DNA from: an uncultured delta proteobacterium
Lineage (GTDB): Bacteria > Desulfobacterota > Syntrophia > Syntrophales > UBA2192
DNA length: 64,000 nucleotides
Reading direction: 5' to 3'
Assembly: GCA_963802225.1 (NCBI GenBank)
Contig: CAWDHZ010000012.1
Coordinates: 69,972 to 133,971 of the forward strand
Below are positions 27,668-36,023 of the stretch, in pieces. Positions within the stretch are counted from its first letter, which is position 1, and every line of letters starts with the position of its first letter. The translations under genes were made by a program, and so were the position numbers. The notes beneath the pieces were generated by a model. The model searched no databases. It was not told the origin of the DNA and worked only from the letters and a program-made list of their open reading frames with translations.

Positions 27668-28339
27668 ATGAAGAAAAGATCGAAATGGATGTGGGGAGCA
27701 ATCGGTCTCGCGGGGATTCTGCTGCTGCTTGCATCCGGATCCTGCGAAACGTTCCTTCTTGAGGCAGGCAGGTTCATGGCCCCCATCGATGACCGGATGG
27801 AGGGTATCGCGGACGCTGTCGTCCTGGAAGGCACCGAGCATATCCAGAGGGAGACCGTGGCACGGGTGGCAGGGATGGTTTCATCGGGGAAGGCGCGGCG
27901 GATGGTCGTTGTCCTGACCCGAAAAGAGCCCGGCGACGTCCCGTCGACCGACCTCGAAGCCCCTCACTCTGTCGTCCAAGAGGCGTTGGATCGTCTCGGA
28001 CTGGATGAGAAGGCCAGCCGGGTCATCGTGACCTCGTTCCGGCACCCGGTGACGCTCACATCGGCAAGAGAAGCCATGGAGGTTCTCGCCGGGGAGGGGA
28101 TCCGAAGCGCCATTCTTGTTTCCCCGGGCTTTCACACGCGGCGAAGTTATCTCGTTTACCAGTCCATCGGCGAGCCGCTTCAGATCCGGATCTTTCCCCA
28201 TGCCTCCTTTGACGGCCACAATCATGGGCTTGACCGGTGGTGGACCCAGTATCATGGGGTACACGACTTCGTCGAGCAGGGTCTCAAGCTCGCATACTAT
28301 ATGGTCCGTGGCTATATCCCCCTGAGATTCTCGTACTGA
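27668..28339 (+). CDS. DUF218 / YdcF(ElyC/SanA)-like membrane-anchored protein
   Basis: ORF track 27581..28339. Trimmed to ATG 27668 (MKKRSKWMWGAIGLAGILLLLASGSC, signal/anchor). SAILVSPGFHTRRSYLVYQ resembles the DUF218 core. Confidence 0.65.
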   Translation: MKKRSKWMWGAIGLAGILLLLASGSCETFLLEAGRFMAPIDDRMEGIADAVVLEGTEHIQRETVARVAGMVSSGKARRMVVVLTRKEPGDVPSTDLEAPHSVVQEALDRLGLDEKASRVIVTSFRHPVTLTSAREAMEVLAGEGIRSAILVSPGFHTRRSYLVYQSIGEPLQIRIFPHASFDGHNHGLDRWWTQYHGVHDFVEQGLKLAYYMVRGYIPLRFSY

Positions 28340-28558
28340 GTTCGACGATACCCAGATTGCCCCCCAAGGCCCACCCTGCCCGATCAAGAACTCCGGTCTC
28401 CCAGACGTTCTCTTCTGTAAACTTTACTCGCCTCTGGCTTGGCCGCTGTCGCACAAAAAAAGCTGCGACGGACCGGAAGTCCAAAAGGTTTTCATTGCGG
28501 TACCCATGGCACGCACATCAGCCGGCCGATCTTTTCTTGCCGCTCGTCGAAACAAATC

Positions 28559-28768
28559 TCACTTCCGAGAGATGTTGCGAACGGCAAAATAGAAGCCGAT
28601 TGTGAGGATGACAACAAATCCCGTCAGCCGCACCAGGAGCGCAAAATCGGCATCCTCGGTGATGGAGGGCATCCCGGCGCGGAAGAGTTCCGGCCATGCC
28701 GTGTACCAAAGCCAGGACAGCAACACGGCCGCCCCCGCCACGATCGTGATACGAATGAGCCTGCTCAT
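28559..28768 (-). CDS. Small two-helix membrane protein (paralog 2)
   Basis: 69 aa: MSRLIRITIVAGAAVLLSWLWYTAWPELFRAGMPSITEDADFALLVRLTGFVVILTIGFYF. Shares the pattern WLW...EL..G.P....D....LLTGF with the adjacent ORF. Confidence 0.5.
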   Translation of the reverse strand: MSRLIRITIVAGAAVLLSWLWYTAWPELFRAGMPSITEDADFALLVRLTGFVVILTIGFYFAVRNISRK

Positions 28769-28795
28769 CGAAGTCTCCTCCGCTGCCTGGCAGCG

Positions 28796-29017
28796 TCAAT
28801 GGTCGCCGTTCCGGTTCCCGATATTTTTTACACCCAGGGAGATGGAAACGGCACTGATGAAGATGAACCCGGTCAACAAGACGTAATGGGAGACGCGGTG
28901 GTCATCGATATCGGCGGGAATCCCCGTATGGAGCAGCTCGGTCGCCAGGGGCCACCAGAGCCATGCAATGAGGGCGCAGAAAGCTGTCGGGAACGCAACG
29001 AGGAAAAGCCTTCTCAT
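28796..29017 (-). CDS. Small two-helix membrane protein (paralog 1)
   Basis: ORF track 28796..29047. ATG 29017 gives MRRLFLVAFPTAFCALIAWLWWPLATELLHTGIPADIDDHRVSHYVLLTGFIFISAV. It follows the flavoprotein stop (29055). Confidence 0.5.
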   Translation of the reverse strand: MRRLFLVAFPTAFCALIAWLWWPLATELLHTGIPADIDDHRVSHYVLLTGFIFISAVSISLGVKNIGNRNGDH

Positions 29018-29054
29018 GAGATCGCCTTTCTGCGCATTAGTGCCCACCTTTTTT

Positions 29055-30629
29055 TCAGACGCCTCCGACGGGGAGATACTTCACCGTAAAGGCGTTCTTG
29101 TCCGCGTCGTAGCTCAGGCAGGAGTTCCTGCGACCGTTGCCGTCGTCCTCATCGGGGAAATCGCTCCGCAGAAAGCTCCCTCGGCTCTCCAGGCGCCCGA
29201 GGCTCGCCTGCAGGATGGCGCGCAGCACGAGGGCTCCGGCCCTGGCGTCCTCCAGGACAGCGCGCCCGCCGGGACCGGCTGCAGCAAGCGGCTTCAGGCG
29301 CTTCTCGATCGCCTCGAGCCTCTCCATGCCCCTGCACAGCCCTTCGTCCGACCTTACAATCCCCGCACACTCCCAGGCCGTTGCCCGGATCGCCGAAAGG
29401 ATACCCTGAACTTCACCAGCTCCCGGCACAGACCCCGCCGCGGGGAGCTGTCTCGGCTTTTCCCGGCAGGAGGGGACGGGCATTTTACCCAGGGCCCGCT
29501 CGGCCGCGGAGCGTCCGGCGACGATACCCGACACGACACACTCCGTCATCGCGTTGCCGCCCATCCGGTTCGCCCCGTGAAGCCCCCAGAGGATCTCCCC
29601 GCAGGCAAAAAGGCCGCCGATGTCCGTCTCGCACGTCTCGCCGGTCCTCAGACCGCCCATCGTGAAGTGAACGGCCGGCGCAACGGCCACGGGCTTTTCC
29701 CTGAAATCGAAGCGAAGCCGTTTGAAGATGGCCAGGGGATGAACATCCCAGGCCGAGGCGGGAACCTCGCGAAGGTCGAGAAAAACGCCCCCCGCCTGCG
29801 CCTCCTCGAAGAGAAGGGCTGAGAAGGAGTCGCGCTTCTTGACGATCGCATCGTTGACATCCCCGAGACCGTGCTTTTCGAGGATGTTCTCACCGGATGA
29901 ATTGATAAGTTTCGCTTCGCGGGCAAAGGGCGGATAGACGATCAGGGCCGGCAGCCGCGGGTCGGCAAAGACCAGGGGAAAGAACTGGACGAACTCCATG
30001 TCCCAAAGATCGATCCCCGCCCTGGCGGCCAGGGCATACCCCTGCCCCAGGATCTTCTTCTGGTTGTCATGACGGCGATAGATGGCCCCTGCGCCTCCCG
30101 CGGCAAGGACCACGGCGGGGGCGTCGATGTCCATTTCCTCACCCTTGCGGTTGAAACCCCTGACGCCGCAGACCCTGCCGTTGTGACAGGGAAGCTCGGT
30201 GACCTGGAATCCGGGGAGGACATGAACGCCCTCGAGGTTTTTGACCAGGTCCGCCAGCTTTCTCATGAGGGCAACGCCGGGAATCACGGAGGGATCCGGG
30301 GAGACGACAGAGCGCTGCGCGCCCCTGTCTTTCAGGAGCACCCCGGCAGAGCGCAGGAACTGGAACGCAGAGGGCGCCTCCCGGGCAACGAGCCGCACCA
30401 GGGATTCCCGGTTGAGCCCCCGCCCCGCCCGGAGGGCATCGCGGATGTAGTCATCGGGGCTGTATTTTTCCGACGGCCCGGCAAAGAATCCGTTGGCCAG
30501 CGCCGAGTTCGTCCCGATTCCGATGGGGCCCCGGTCGACAACGAGAACCGTTGTCCCTTGCTTTGCCGCCGCATGGGCCGCCGTCAGACCCGCCAGGCCC
30601 GCACCGATGATGATGACCCGTTTCGACAT
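29055..30629 (-). CDS. FAD-binding flavoprotein of the SdhA/FrdA/NadB family (atypical active-site motif)
   Basis: ORF track 29055..31049. Trimmed to ATG 30629 (MSKRVIIIGAGLAGLTAAHAAA, dinucleotide fold), since the kinase gene stops at 30749. GLHGANRMGGNAMTECVVSG is family-typical. MEFVQFFPLV replaces the usual ..QFHPT. Confidence 0.8.
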   Translation of the reverse strand: MSKRVIIIGAGLAGLTAAHAAAKQGTTVLVVDRGPIGIGTNSALANGFFAGPSEKYSPDDYIRDALRAGRGLNRESLVRLVAREAPSAFQFLRSAGVLLKDRGAQRSVVSPDPSVIPGVALMRKLADLVKNLEGVHVLPGFQVTELPCHNGRVCGVRGFNRKGEEMDIDAPAVVLAAGGAGAIYRRHDNQKKILGQGYALAARAGIDLWDMEFVQFFPLVFADPRLPALIVYPPFAREAKLINSSGENILEKHGLGDVNDAIVKKRDSFSALLFEEAQAGGVFLDLREVPASAWDVHPLAIFKRLRFDFREKPVAVAPAVHFTMGGLRTGETCETDIGGLFACGEILWGLHGANRMGGNAMTECVVSGIVAGRSAAERALGKMPVPSCREKPRQLPAAGSVPGAGEVQGILSAIRATAWECAGIVRSDEGLCRGMERLEAIEKRLKPLAAAGPGGRAVLEDARAGALVLRAILQASLGRLESRGSFLRSDFPDEDDGNGRRNSCLSYDADKNAFTVKYLPVGGV

Positions 30630-30748
30630 CAGTTCATGAATGCCCTTCAGAACTTTTCTGTTTGTTTTACAGGATATCCCCGGGTGCGTCAATCCGGGCA
30701 GGCACTCGGCGGGGTTTTCCCTGCGGGGGCCGTCCCGCATGCAGGCCC

Positions 30749-31636
30749 TTACTCGTACCCCCTGGCCAGCAGTTCGCTTTTCGACGGGATCCCCGCCCGG
30801 CCGCCCGGCTTTGTCGCCACCTGCGCCGCGGCCCATACGGCAAGATCGAAGCTTCTCCCGGGATCCCAGCCCCGGACTAGTCCATAGGTGAGGCCGGCAT
30901 GGAAGACATCGCCGCAGCCCGTCGTGTCGACGGCCTCGACGGCACAGGCGGGCTTCACGATGGATCGCCCTCTGAACAGGGCCGCATATCCTCTCGCACC
31001 AAGGGTCACGCCCGCTATCCTCGGGCCGAGCTCGGCGATCCTCCTGCACGCCCCGAGGGGGTCGTCGCCGCCGACAAGGGAACGGGCGAAGGATTCGGAG
31101 CTCACGAAGCAGTCGCTGAGGCGGGCCAGTTCGAGCATCCCCTCCCGGAGGGTCCCCGCGTCGACGGAAACGATGACCCCCGCTTTTTTGGCCATGGACG
31201 CGGCGGCAAGAGATGCCTCAATGAAGAGCCCGTCCGTGTGCAGGACGCGGGAGGCACGGAGGATGTCCATTCTGATTTCCGAGGGCTTGAGCGCCTCGCC
31301 CGTCGGCCTCTGCCAGAAGATGGTCCGCCACCCGCCGGGCTCCGAAGCGATGAAGGCAAACTGCGAGCTGTGTCCCGGCCTTTCGACAAGGCCTGCGGTA
31401 TCGACGCCCTCATTTTGAAGAAAGCGGGCAATCTGCCTTCCGAACGGGTCATCGCCGGCAACACCGGCAAAATGACAGGCAAGCCCCCAGCGGGAAAGGG
31501 CCACCAGGGCCGTGGCTACGGGCCCGCCGCCCTGGATGACCATGTCGTGAAACTCACATTTCGTATCAGGATGAGGCCAGGCGGGGATGCGCCCGACATA
31601 GTCGAGGGAACACTGGCCGAGGCCAAAGACGTCCAT
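30749..31636 (-). CDS. PfkB-family carbohydrate/nucleoside kinase
   Basis: 295 aa. GGGPVATALVALSRWG (signature 1 region) and DTTGCGDVFHAGLTYG (PfkB signature 2). Confidence 0.85.
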   Translation of the reverse strand: MDVFGLGQCSLDYVGRIPAWPHPDTKCEFHDMVIQGGGPVATALVALSRWGLACHFAGVAGDDPFGRQIARFLQNEGVDTAGLVERPGHSSQFAFIASEPGGWRTIFWQRPTGEALKPSEIRMDILRASRVLHTDGLFIEASLAAASMAKKAGVIVSVDAGTLREGMLELARLSDCFVSSESFARSLVGGDDPLGACRRIAELGPRIAGVTLGARGYAALFRGRSIVKPACAVEAVDTTGCGDVFHAGLTYGLVRGWDPGRSFDLAVWAAAQVATKPGGRAGIPSKSELLARGYE

Positions 31637-31672
31637 CCGGTCTATCCAGTCTATTCAGTCTGTTCCGTCTTT
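31637..31672. repeat. 9-nt degenerate tandem array abutting the pfkB start codon
   Basis: CCGGTCTAT CCAGTCTAT TCAGTCTGT TCCGTCTTT. Confidence 0.8.
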
Positions 31673-31678
31673 GGGTCC

Positions 31679-31725
31679 AAATCCCCCTCTTTCCCCCTTT
31701 GATAAAGGGGGATGAAGGAGGATTT
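31679..31725. repeat. 47-nt palindromic element, copy 1
   Basis: AATCCCCCTCTTTCCCCCTTTGATAAAGGGGGATGAAGGAGGATTT. Core stem TCCCCCTTT/AAAGGGGGA. Near-identical to 58907-58955. Confidence 0.85.
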
Positions 31726-31730
31726 CTCTT

Positions 31731-31778
31731 TTCACTTCTTCACTCAGACACTCAGACACTTAGACACTTTTAACACTG
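31731..31778. repeat. 8-nt CAGACAC-type tandem array
   Basis: TTCACTTCTTCACTCAGACACTCAGACACTTAGACACTTTTAACACTG. Confidence 0.85.
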
Positions 31779-31794
31779 TCGCGAAGCGGCCCGA

Positions 31795-32721
31795 TCATTC
31801 GCAAATGCTGTCCGTCATGTCCCCCTTGAGCCAGCGGTCCACAAGGGCGCGGGTGAGTGCGATATCCCGGTTCGAGCGCTTTGCCGCCTCTTCCAGAATG
31901 CTCATCGTCGCCCGGACCTTTTCCTCCATGCCCAACAGGGCGTAGATCCGCACGCTCTGTTCCCAGTAATTCACGGCCGAGGCATCATCCCGAAGGCCTG
32001 CAGTACAGCGGCCCAGGGCGGTTAAGTCATCGGCGATCCCCCTGTAAAAGCCGGCTTTGCGGTCGCTTTCGAGGGCCTTTTCGAAATAGGGAACGGCCTC
32101 CTTGTACCGGGCCGTCCCGAGCAGCAGCTCCCCCATGGCGTGATTCGCGGCTGCCGCCCCGGCGGGATTCCTTCTGTCGATATTATCGAGAGCCTCTTTG
32201 AACATCCCCTCGGCCCCCTTGACATCGCCCTGCTTCGCAAGGAAAATGCCCTTCACCGTCATGGCCGGGACGAAGGGTTTGCGCCCGATGAGGATCTTCA
32301 GCGCCTCGTCGATGTTCTTCCCGGCAGCAGCGTAATCCCCCGTATCCACCTGGGCGGCCGCCAGGTTCGACAGCGTCTGTCGCACGTCCTCCTGATCCCC
32401 GAGACCCCTGTACATCCGCAGTGCATCCTCGAGGAAGGGGATCGCGGCTGCGGCCTCGCCCATGGCGCGGTACACGACACCGATGTTGTTTGCGCTCATG
32501 GCCATACCGCGGCTGTCCCCAATCGCCGTGTATAGCTCGTTGGACCTGTAGAAGTGATCCAGGGCACGGGCATAACAGCCCCGTTCATAGAACGGCATCC
32601 CCTTGTCGGTCTGCACGCTGCCGGCGCTGATGTGATCGGGCACGATCACCTCTTTTGTCCCGCCGCAGGATGCCAGGAGGAGCACGAAGATCAATGCGAT
32701 TCCAATATTCACGGTTCTCAT
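31795..32721 (-). CDS. TPR-repeat lipoprotein
   Basis: MRTVNIGIALIFVLLLASCGG lipobox. Repeated A..Y/F..AL.. 34-aa TPR-like units. Begins 8 nt after the MlaD-like stop. Confidence 0.75.
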   Translation of the reverse strand: MRTVNIGIALIFVLLLASCGGTKEVIVPDHISAGSVQTDKGMPFYERGCYARALDHFYRSNELYTAIGDSRGMAMSANNIGVVYRAMGEAAAAIPFLEDALRMYRGLGDQEDVRQTLSNLAAAQVDTGDYAAAGKNIDEALKILIGRKPFVPAMTVKGIFLAKQGDVKGAEGMFKEALDNIDRRNPAGAAAANHAMGELLLGTARYKEAVPYFEKALESDRKAGFYRGIADDLTALGRCTAGLRDDASAVNYWEQSVRIYALLGMEEKVRATMSILEEAAKRSNRDIALTRALVDRWLKGDMTDSICE

Positions 32722-32728
32722 AGCCGCC

Positions 32729-33676
32729 TCATTTCCTCAGACCGGCGTCCAGGTCTTTCCCCTCGGGCTTCGGGGGAAGGTTTCCCCTGACGAAGGGGTT
32801 CTTTTCCAGGGCCTTGACGACACGGTTGATTTCATCCACTCCATCCCTGATTTCCTGGAGGCCTCGCTTCGTTGTCCGAATCACGGCCGGGACCTCGCGG
32901 CTTCCTTTCTCGAGGTTGACCGTGATTTCCCGGATGTTCTCCATGCTCTCCCGCAGATTGGCCGTCACCTCTGGGGTGGCGCCCTCGACATTTTTCAAGA
33001 CATTATCGAGCCTCTCCATGGACGTGTTCACCCGGTTGATCAGCTCGTCGGACCGCAGGAGCTGACCCGCCGTCCCTTCACCTTCCTTCAGGCCGGTGGT
33101 TACCGTTTCCAGATTTTTCAGGTTTTTCTCGATGCTGTTCAGCGAGACGAAGAGCGGTCCCTTCGGGTCTCTCAATTCGTCAACGATGTCGGCGAGGTTC
33201 CGGATGGTCTCCGTCAGGCGCTTGGCCGTCTCCTCCACCTCGTACTCCGCCAGAATCTGCGCGAGGGTTTTCTTCTCTTCGGATTTGACCGTCTCCCCGG
33301 AGGGAATGAGGGGGCTGTCGGGTTTGCCCGGCCGCACGGCCACATACTCCGACCCGATGAGGGTGGGGCTCTCGACGGTGACCACCGTGTCCTGCCGGAA
33401 CCGGGTGCGATACTCCTCGAAGATCAACAGCCGCACGCGAACGGCATCCCCGACGAGCTGCACGGATTTCACGTGCCCGATCTCGGCCTTGAAGAGCTTC
33501 ACCGACGAGCCCGGCGCGAGGTTGTAGTTCTCCTTGAACTGCGCATAGTAGGTCACCGTCGGGCGGAACCAGTCCTTGCCGCGCCCGATAAGGACCACCG
33601 TGCCGATCATGAGGGCGACGACGAGGATGATGAAGACGCCGACGACCCGGTCCATCCTGCTGAATTTCAGTTCCAT
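32729..33676 (-). CDS. mlaD: MlaD/MCE-domain protein
   Basis: N-terminal TM helix, then an MCE domain (YYAQFKENYNLAPGSSVKLFKAEIGHVKSVQL), then a long coiled-coil tail. Confidence 0.8.
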   Translation of the reverse strand: MELKFSRMDRVVGVFIILVVALMIGTVVLIGRGKDWFRPTVTYYAQFKENYNLAPGSSVKLFKAEIGHVKSVQLVGDAVRVRLLIFEEYRTRFRQDTVVTVESPTLIGSEYVAVRPGKPDSPLIPSGETVKSEEKKTLAQILAEYEVEETAKRLTETIRNLADIVDELRDPKGPLFVSLNSIEKNLKNLETVTTGLKEGEGTAGQLLRSDELINRVNTSMERLDNVLKNVEGATPEVTANLRESMENIREITVNLEKGSREVPAVIRTTKRGLQEIRDGVDEINRVVKALEKNPFVRGNLPPKPEGKDLDAGLRK

Positions 33677-33700
33677 GACTCCCCCGGGACGGGACGGCCT

Positions 33701-34366
33701 TCAAACGACATTCACCACGCCGTCCCGAATGTAGATGTCTTTCTTCTTGAACAGGCGATCGTACTGCGTCAGCCCGGCATAGTAGACGCAGGGAATACCC
33801 GAATCGATCGCCTTCCGCGTCATCTCGATGTAGAGCTCGACGACCGGGCGGGCGAGAACGACAAAGGCCTGCTCGATGAGAAACACCTCTGCCCCCTTCG
33901 TCATCTCCCGGACGATGACGGCCGCACGGACATCCTCCAGCGCGACCTGGGCGGGACGAAGGTCGAGCTTTTCCTCGATCCCGAAAAGGCGGCAAAGCGA
34001 CAAGACATCGTCGCTCAACTGCAGGTCCAGCTTGTTTTCGTGGTAGTAGCGGCCGAGCAACAGATTCGTCCTCAGCGTCCGGTTCCCAATCAGGGCGGCA
34101 TCGGTCCCGAGATAGGCGATCCTTCTCCGGACGGGCAGGAGCCGGCGGGACTTGGTAAAATCCAGCGCTTCGTCCTTGAAAAAGTAAGTGCCCTCCTCCG
34201 GCGGCTCGAGGGTTGCCAGGGCCCTCAGGAAAAGGTGCGCATCGTCGATCCGGTCGGCATGAAGGCTGAAGGCATCCCCCTGCGAAAGGGAGAAGGAGAA
34301 CTTCTGCAATCCCTTTCCCCGGCCCGTGGGGGCGTGCGCGTACTCTCTCAGTTCGACAATCGCCAT
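33701..34366 (-). CDS. MlaF-position ABC ATPase-like protein with degenerate Walker A, signature and Walker B motifs
   Basis: ORF track 33701..34393. ATG 34366 gives MAIVELREY.... ABC-like scaffold (GDAFSL..., IAYLGTDAAL..NRTLRTNL, EVFLIEQAF), but no GxxGxGK(S/T), no LSGGQ and no hhhhDE. Confidence 0.55.
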   Translation of the reverse strand: MAIVELREYAHAPTGRGKGLQKFSFSLSQGDAFSLHADRIDDAHLFLRALATLEPPEEGTYFFKDEALDFTKSRRLLPVRRRIAYLGTDAALIGNRTLRTNLLLGRYYHENKLDLQLSDDVLSLCRLFGIEEKLDLRPAQVALEDVRAAVIVREMTKGAEVFLIEQAFVVLARPVVELYIEMTRKAIDSGIPCVYYAGLTQYDRLFKKKDIYIRDGVVNVV

Positions 34367-34373
34367 AGCCAAC

Positions 34374-35150
34374 CTACAGGATGAAGGCGGCAAAGAGAAT
34401 GAAATTCACCGCCAGGCAGTAAATGAGGCAAGCAACGGCCCCCCTCGAAGTGGCAACGGGAACCTCCGTGATCCCCCTTTTGATGGCCAGCCCGTAGTGC
34501 AGCGCGATCACGGTAATCCCCACGCCGAAAAATAGGGCCTTGAGGGCGACTACGGCGATGTCGAGGCCCGTGATGGCCTTCCCGATCTGGGAGAGAAAAT
34601 TCTGCAGGGGCAGGGTCGTGAGCGCCCAGGCGATGGCGTACCCTCCCAGCACGGAGGTAATGCAGAAAATCGTGATCAGGCAGAACATGGACACTGTGAT
34701 GCCGATCATGCGGGGCACGTACAGGATATCGAGAGGGTTGATCCCCTGGAGCTCCAGGGCTTCGATTTCCCTCAGCACGTTCATATATCCCGTCTCGATG
34801 GTTATCGCGGTCGCGGACCGGAGAGTGACGATGAGCGCCGTGATGAGCGGTCCGACCTCGCGAATGAGCAGGGCCACCGTGATATTTCCCAGGTCATGCT
34901 GGGCCGCAACACCCGAGAGCTGCAGGATCATCATGCTCCCGAGCAGAAGTGCAATGGGGATCACGATCCACAGGGCTTCAACGGCCGTGAAATAGATCTG
35001 CTCGATGACGATTCGGACCCGGAGCCTGCGACCCATCCTGGGGTTGACGACGATCTGGCGCAGAATCCGGTAGAGGAAGGCCGACTGGTCCGCGTAGCGG
35101 TTCAGCCGAACCTCCGTCTGCCTTCCCACATACCCCACGAAATCCCGCAC
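34374..35150 (-). CDS. mlaE: MlaE-family ABC permease
   Basis: 258 aa with 5-6 TM helices. IEQIYFTAVEALWIVIPIALLLGSMMILQ and REIEALELQGINP are MlaE/Ttg2B-like. Confidence 0.85.
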   Translation of the reverse strand: MRDFVGYVGRQTEVRLNRYADQSAFLYRILRQIVVNPRMGRRLRVRIVIEQIYFTAVEALWIVIPIALLLGSMMILQLSGVAAQHDLGNITVALLIREVGPLITALIVTLRSATAITIETGYMNVLREIEALELQGINPLDILYVPRMIGITVSMFCLITIFCITSVLGGYAIAWALTTLPLQNFLSQIGKAITGLDIAVVALKALFFGVGITVIALHYGLAIKRGITEVPVATSRGAVACLIYCLAVNFILFAAFIL

Positions 35151-35320
35151 CGAAACGGCCTCCCGGAAACTCCTGCCCTGCGCGTAACTGCGGTAAAACT
35201 TTAAACGAAACCCCCCGGTTCGTCAACCGGGAAGTCTTTGCTGTCCCGGGCAGAGGTTTCCATTCCGGGCGGGTCGAGTCCTGCCCCCAGGCCGGAAGCG
35301 GATCCGCGCGAAGGAGAGAA

Positions 35321-35355
35321 TCACAAAGGCCTCCCGCCCCAAAGGGCGGAAGGCC
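35321..35355 (-). terminator. Rho-independent terminator after leuD
   Basis: The minus strand reads GGCCTTCCGCCC-TTTG-GGGCGGGAGGCC (12-bp stem, one G.U), followed by TTTGTGATT. It lies 42 nt after the leuD stop. Confidence 0.6.
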
Positions 35356-35396
35356 TTTTCATGACGGTCGAGTGCAACTGCGCAGCAGCTTGAACG

Positions 35397-35900
35397 CTAT
35401 GGCTGCTTCTGAAGCTTTTCCTTGCGGATGTGCTCCACGAGCCCGCCTGCCTTGATGAGCCGCTCCATGAAGGGCGGGATCGGGCGGGCCTGGTAGGATT
35501 TCCCGCGGGTGAGGTTCTCGATCTTCCCGTTGATCAGATCGACGGAAAGCCGGTCGCCTTCCTGCAGATCCTCGGCGGCATCGGCCGACTCGAGGAGCGG
35601 CAGCCCGATGTTGAAGGCATTGCGGTAGAAGATCCGGGCAAAGCTCTTCGCGATGATGACGGAGACGCCGGAGGCCTTGATGGCGATAGGGGCGTGCTCC
35701 CGGGACGAGCCGCAGCCGAAGTTTCTTCCCCCCACGATGACATCCCCCGGCGAGACGGCTGAGGCGAATTCGGGTTTTCCGTCGGCAAAGGCGTGCTTTG
35801 CCAGCAAGGCCCCGTCGGAGACATTGCAGTAGCGGGCTGCAATGATGAGATCCGTGTCCACATCATCGCCGAACTTCCAGACTCTACCTTCGAATTTCAT
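35397..35900 (-). CDS. leuD: 3-isopropylmalate / citraconate hydratase small subunit (type II LeuD)
   Basis: 167 aa. MKFEGRVWKFGDDVDTDLIIAARY and GGRNFGCGSSREHAPIAIK are the archaeal-type LeuD pattern. Confidence 0.9.
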   Translation of the reverse strand: MKFEGRVWKFGDDVDTDLIIAARYCNVSDGALLAKHAFADGKPEFASAVSPGDVIVGGRNFGCGSSREHAPIAIKASGVSVIIAKSFARIFYRNAFNIGLPLLESADAAEDLQEGDRLSVDLINGKIENLTRGKSYQARPIPPFMERLIKAGGLVEHIRKEKLQKQP

Positions 35901-35922
35901 ATCGTCTCCTTACAGTCGACAA

Positions 35923-36020
35923 GTGCCTGAGTGTCTAAGTGTCTGAGTGATCAAGTGATGGAGTGAAGAATGTTAGAAGCTTTCTTTCTTCACTCAGACA
36001 CCATTTCACTCAGACACTGA
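35923..36020. repeat. Inverted pair of CAGACAC-type arrays filling the leuC-leuD spacer
   Basis: Left arm: GTGCCTGAGTGTCTAAGTGTCTGAGTGATCAAGTGATGGAGTGAAGAA. Right arm: TTCTTCACTCAGACACCATTTCACTCAGACACTGA. Confidence 0.85.
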
Positions 36021-36023
36021 TTT

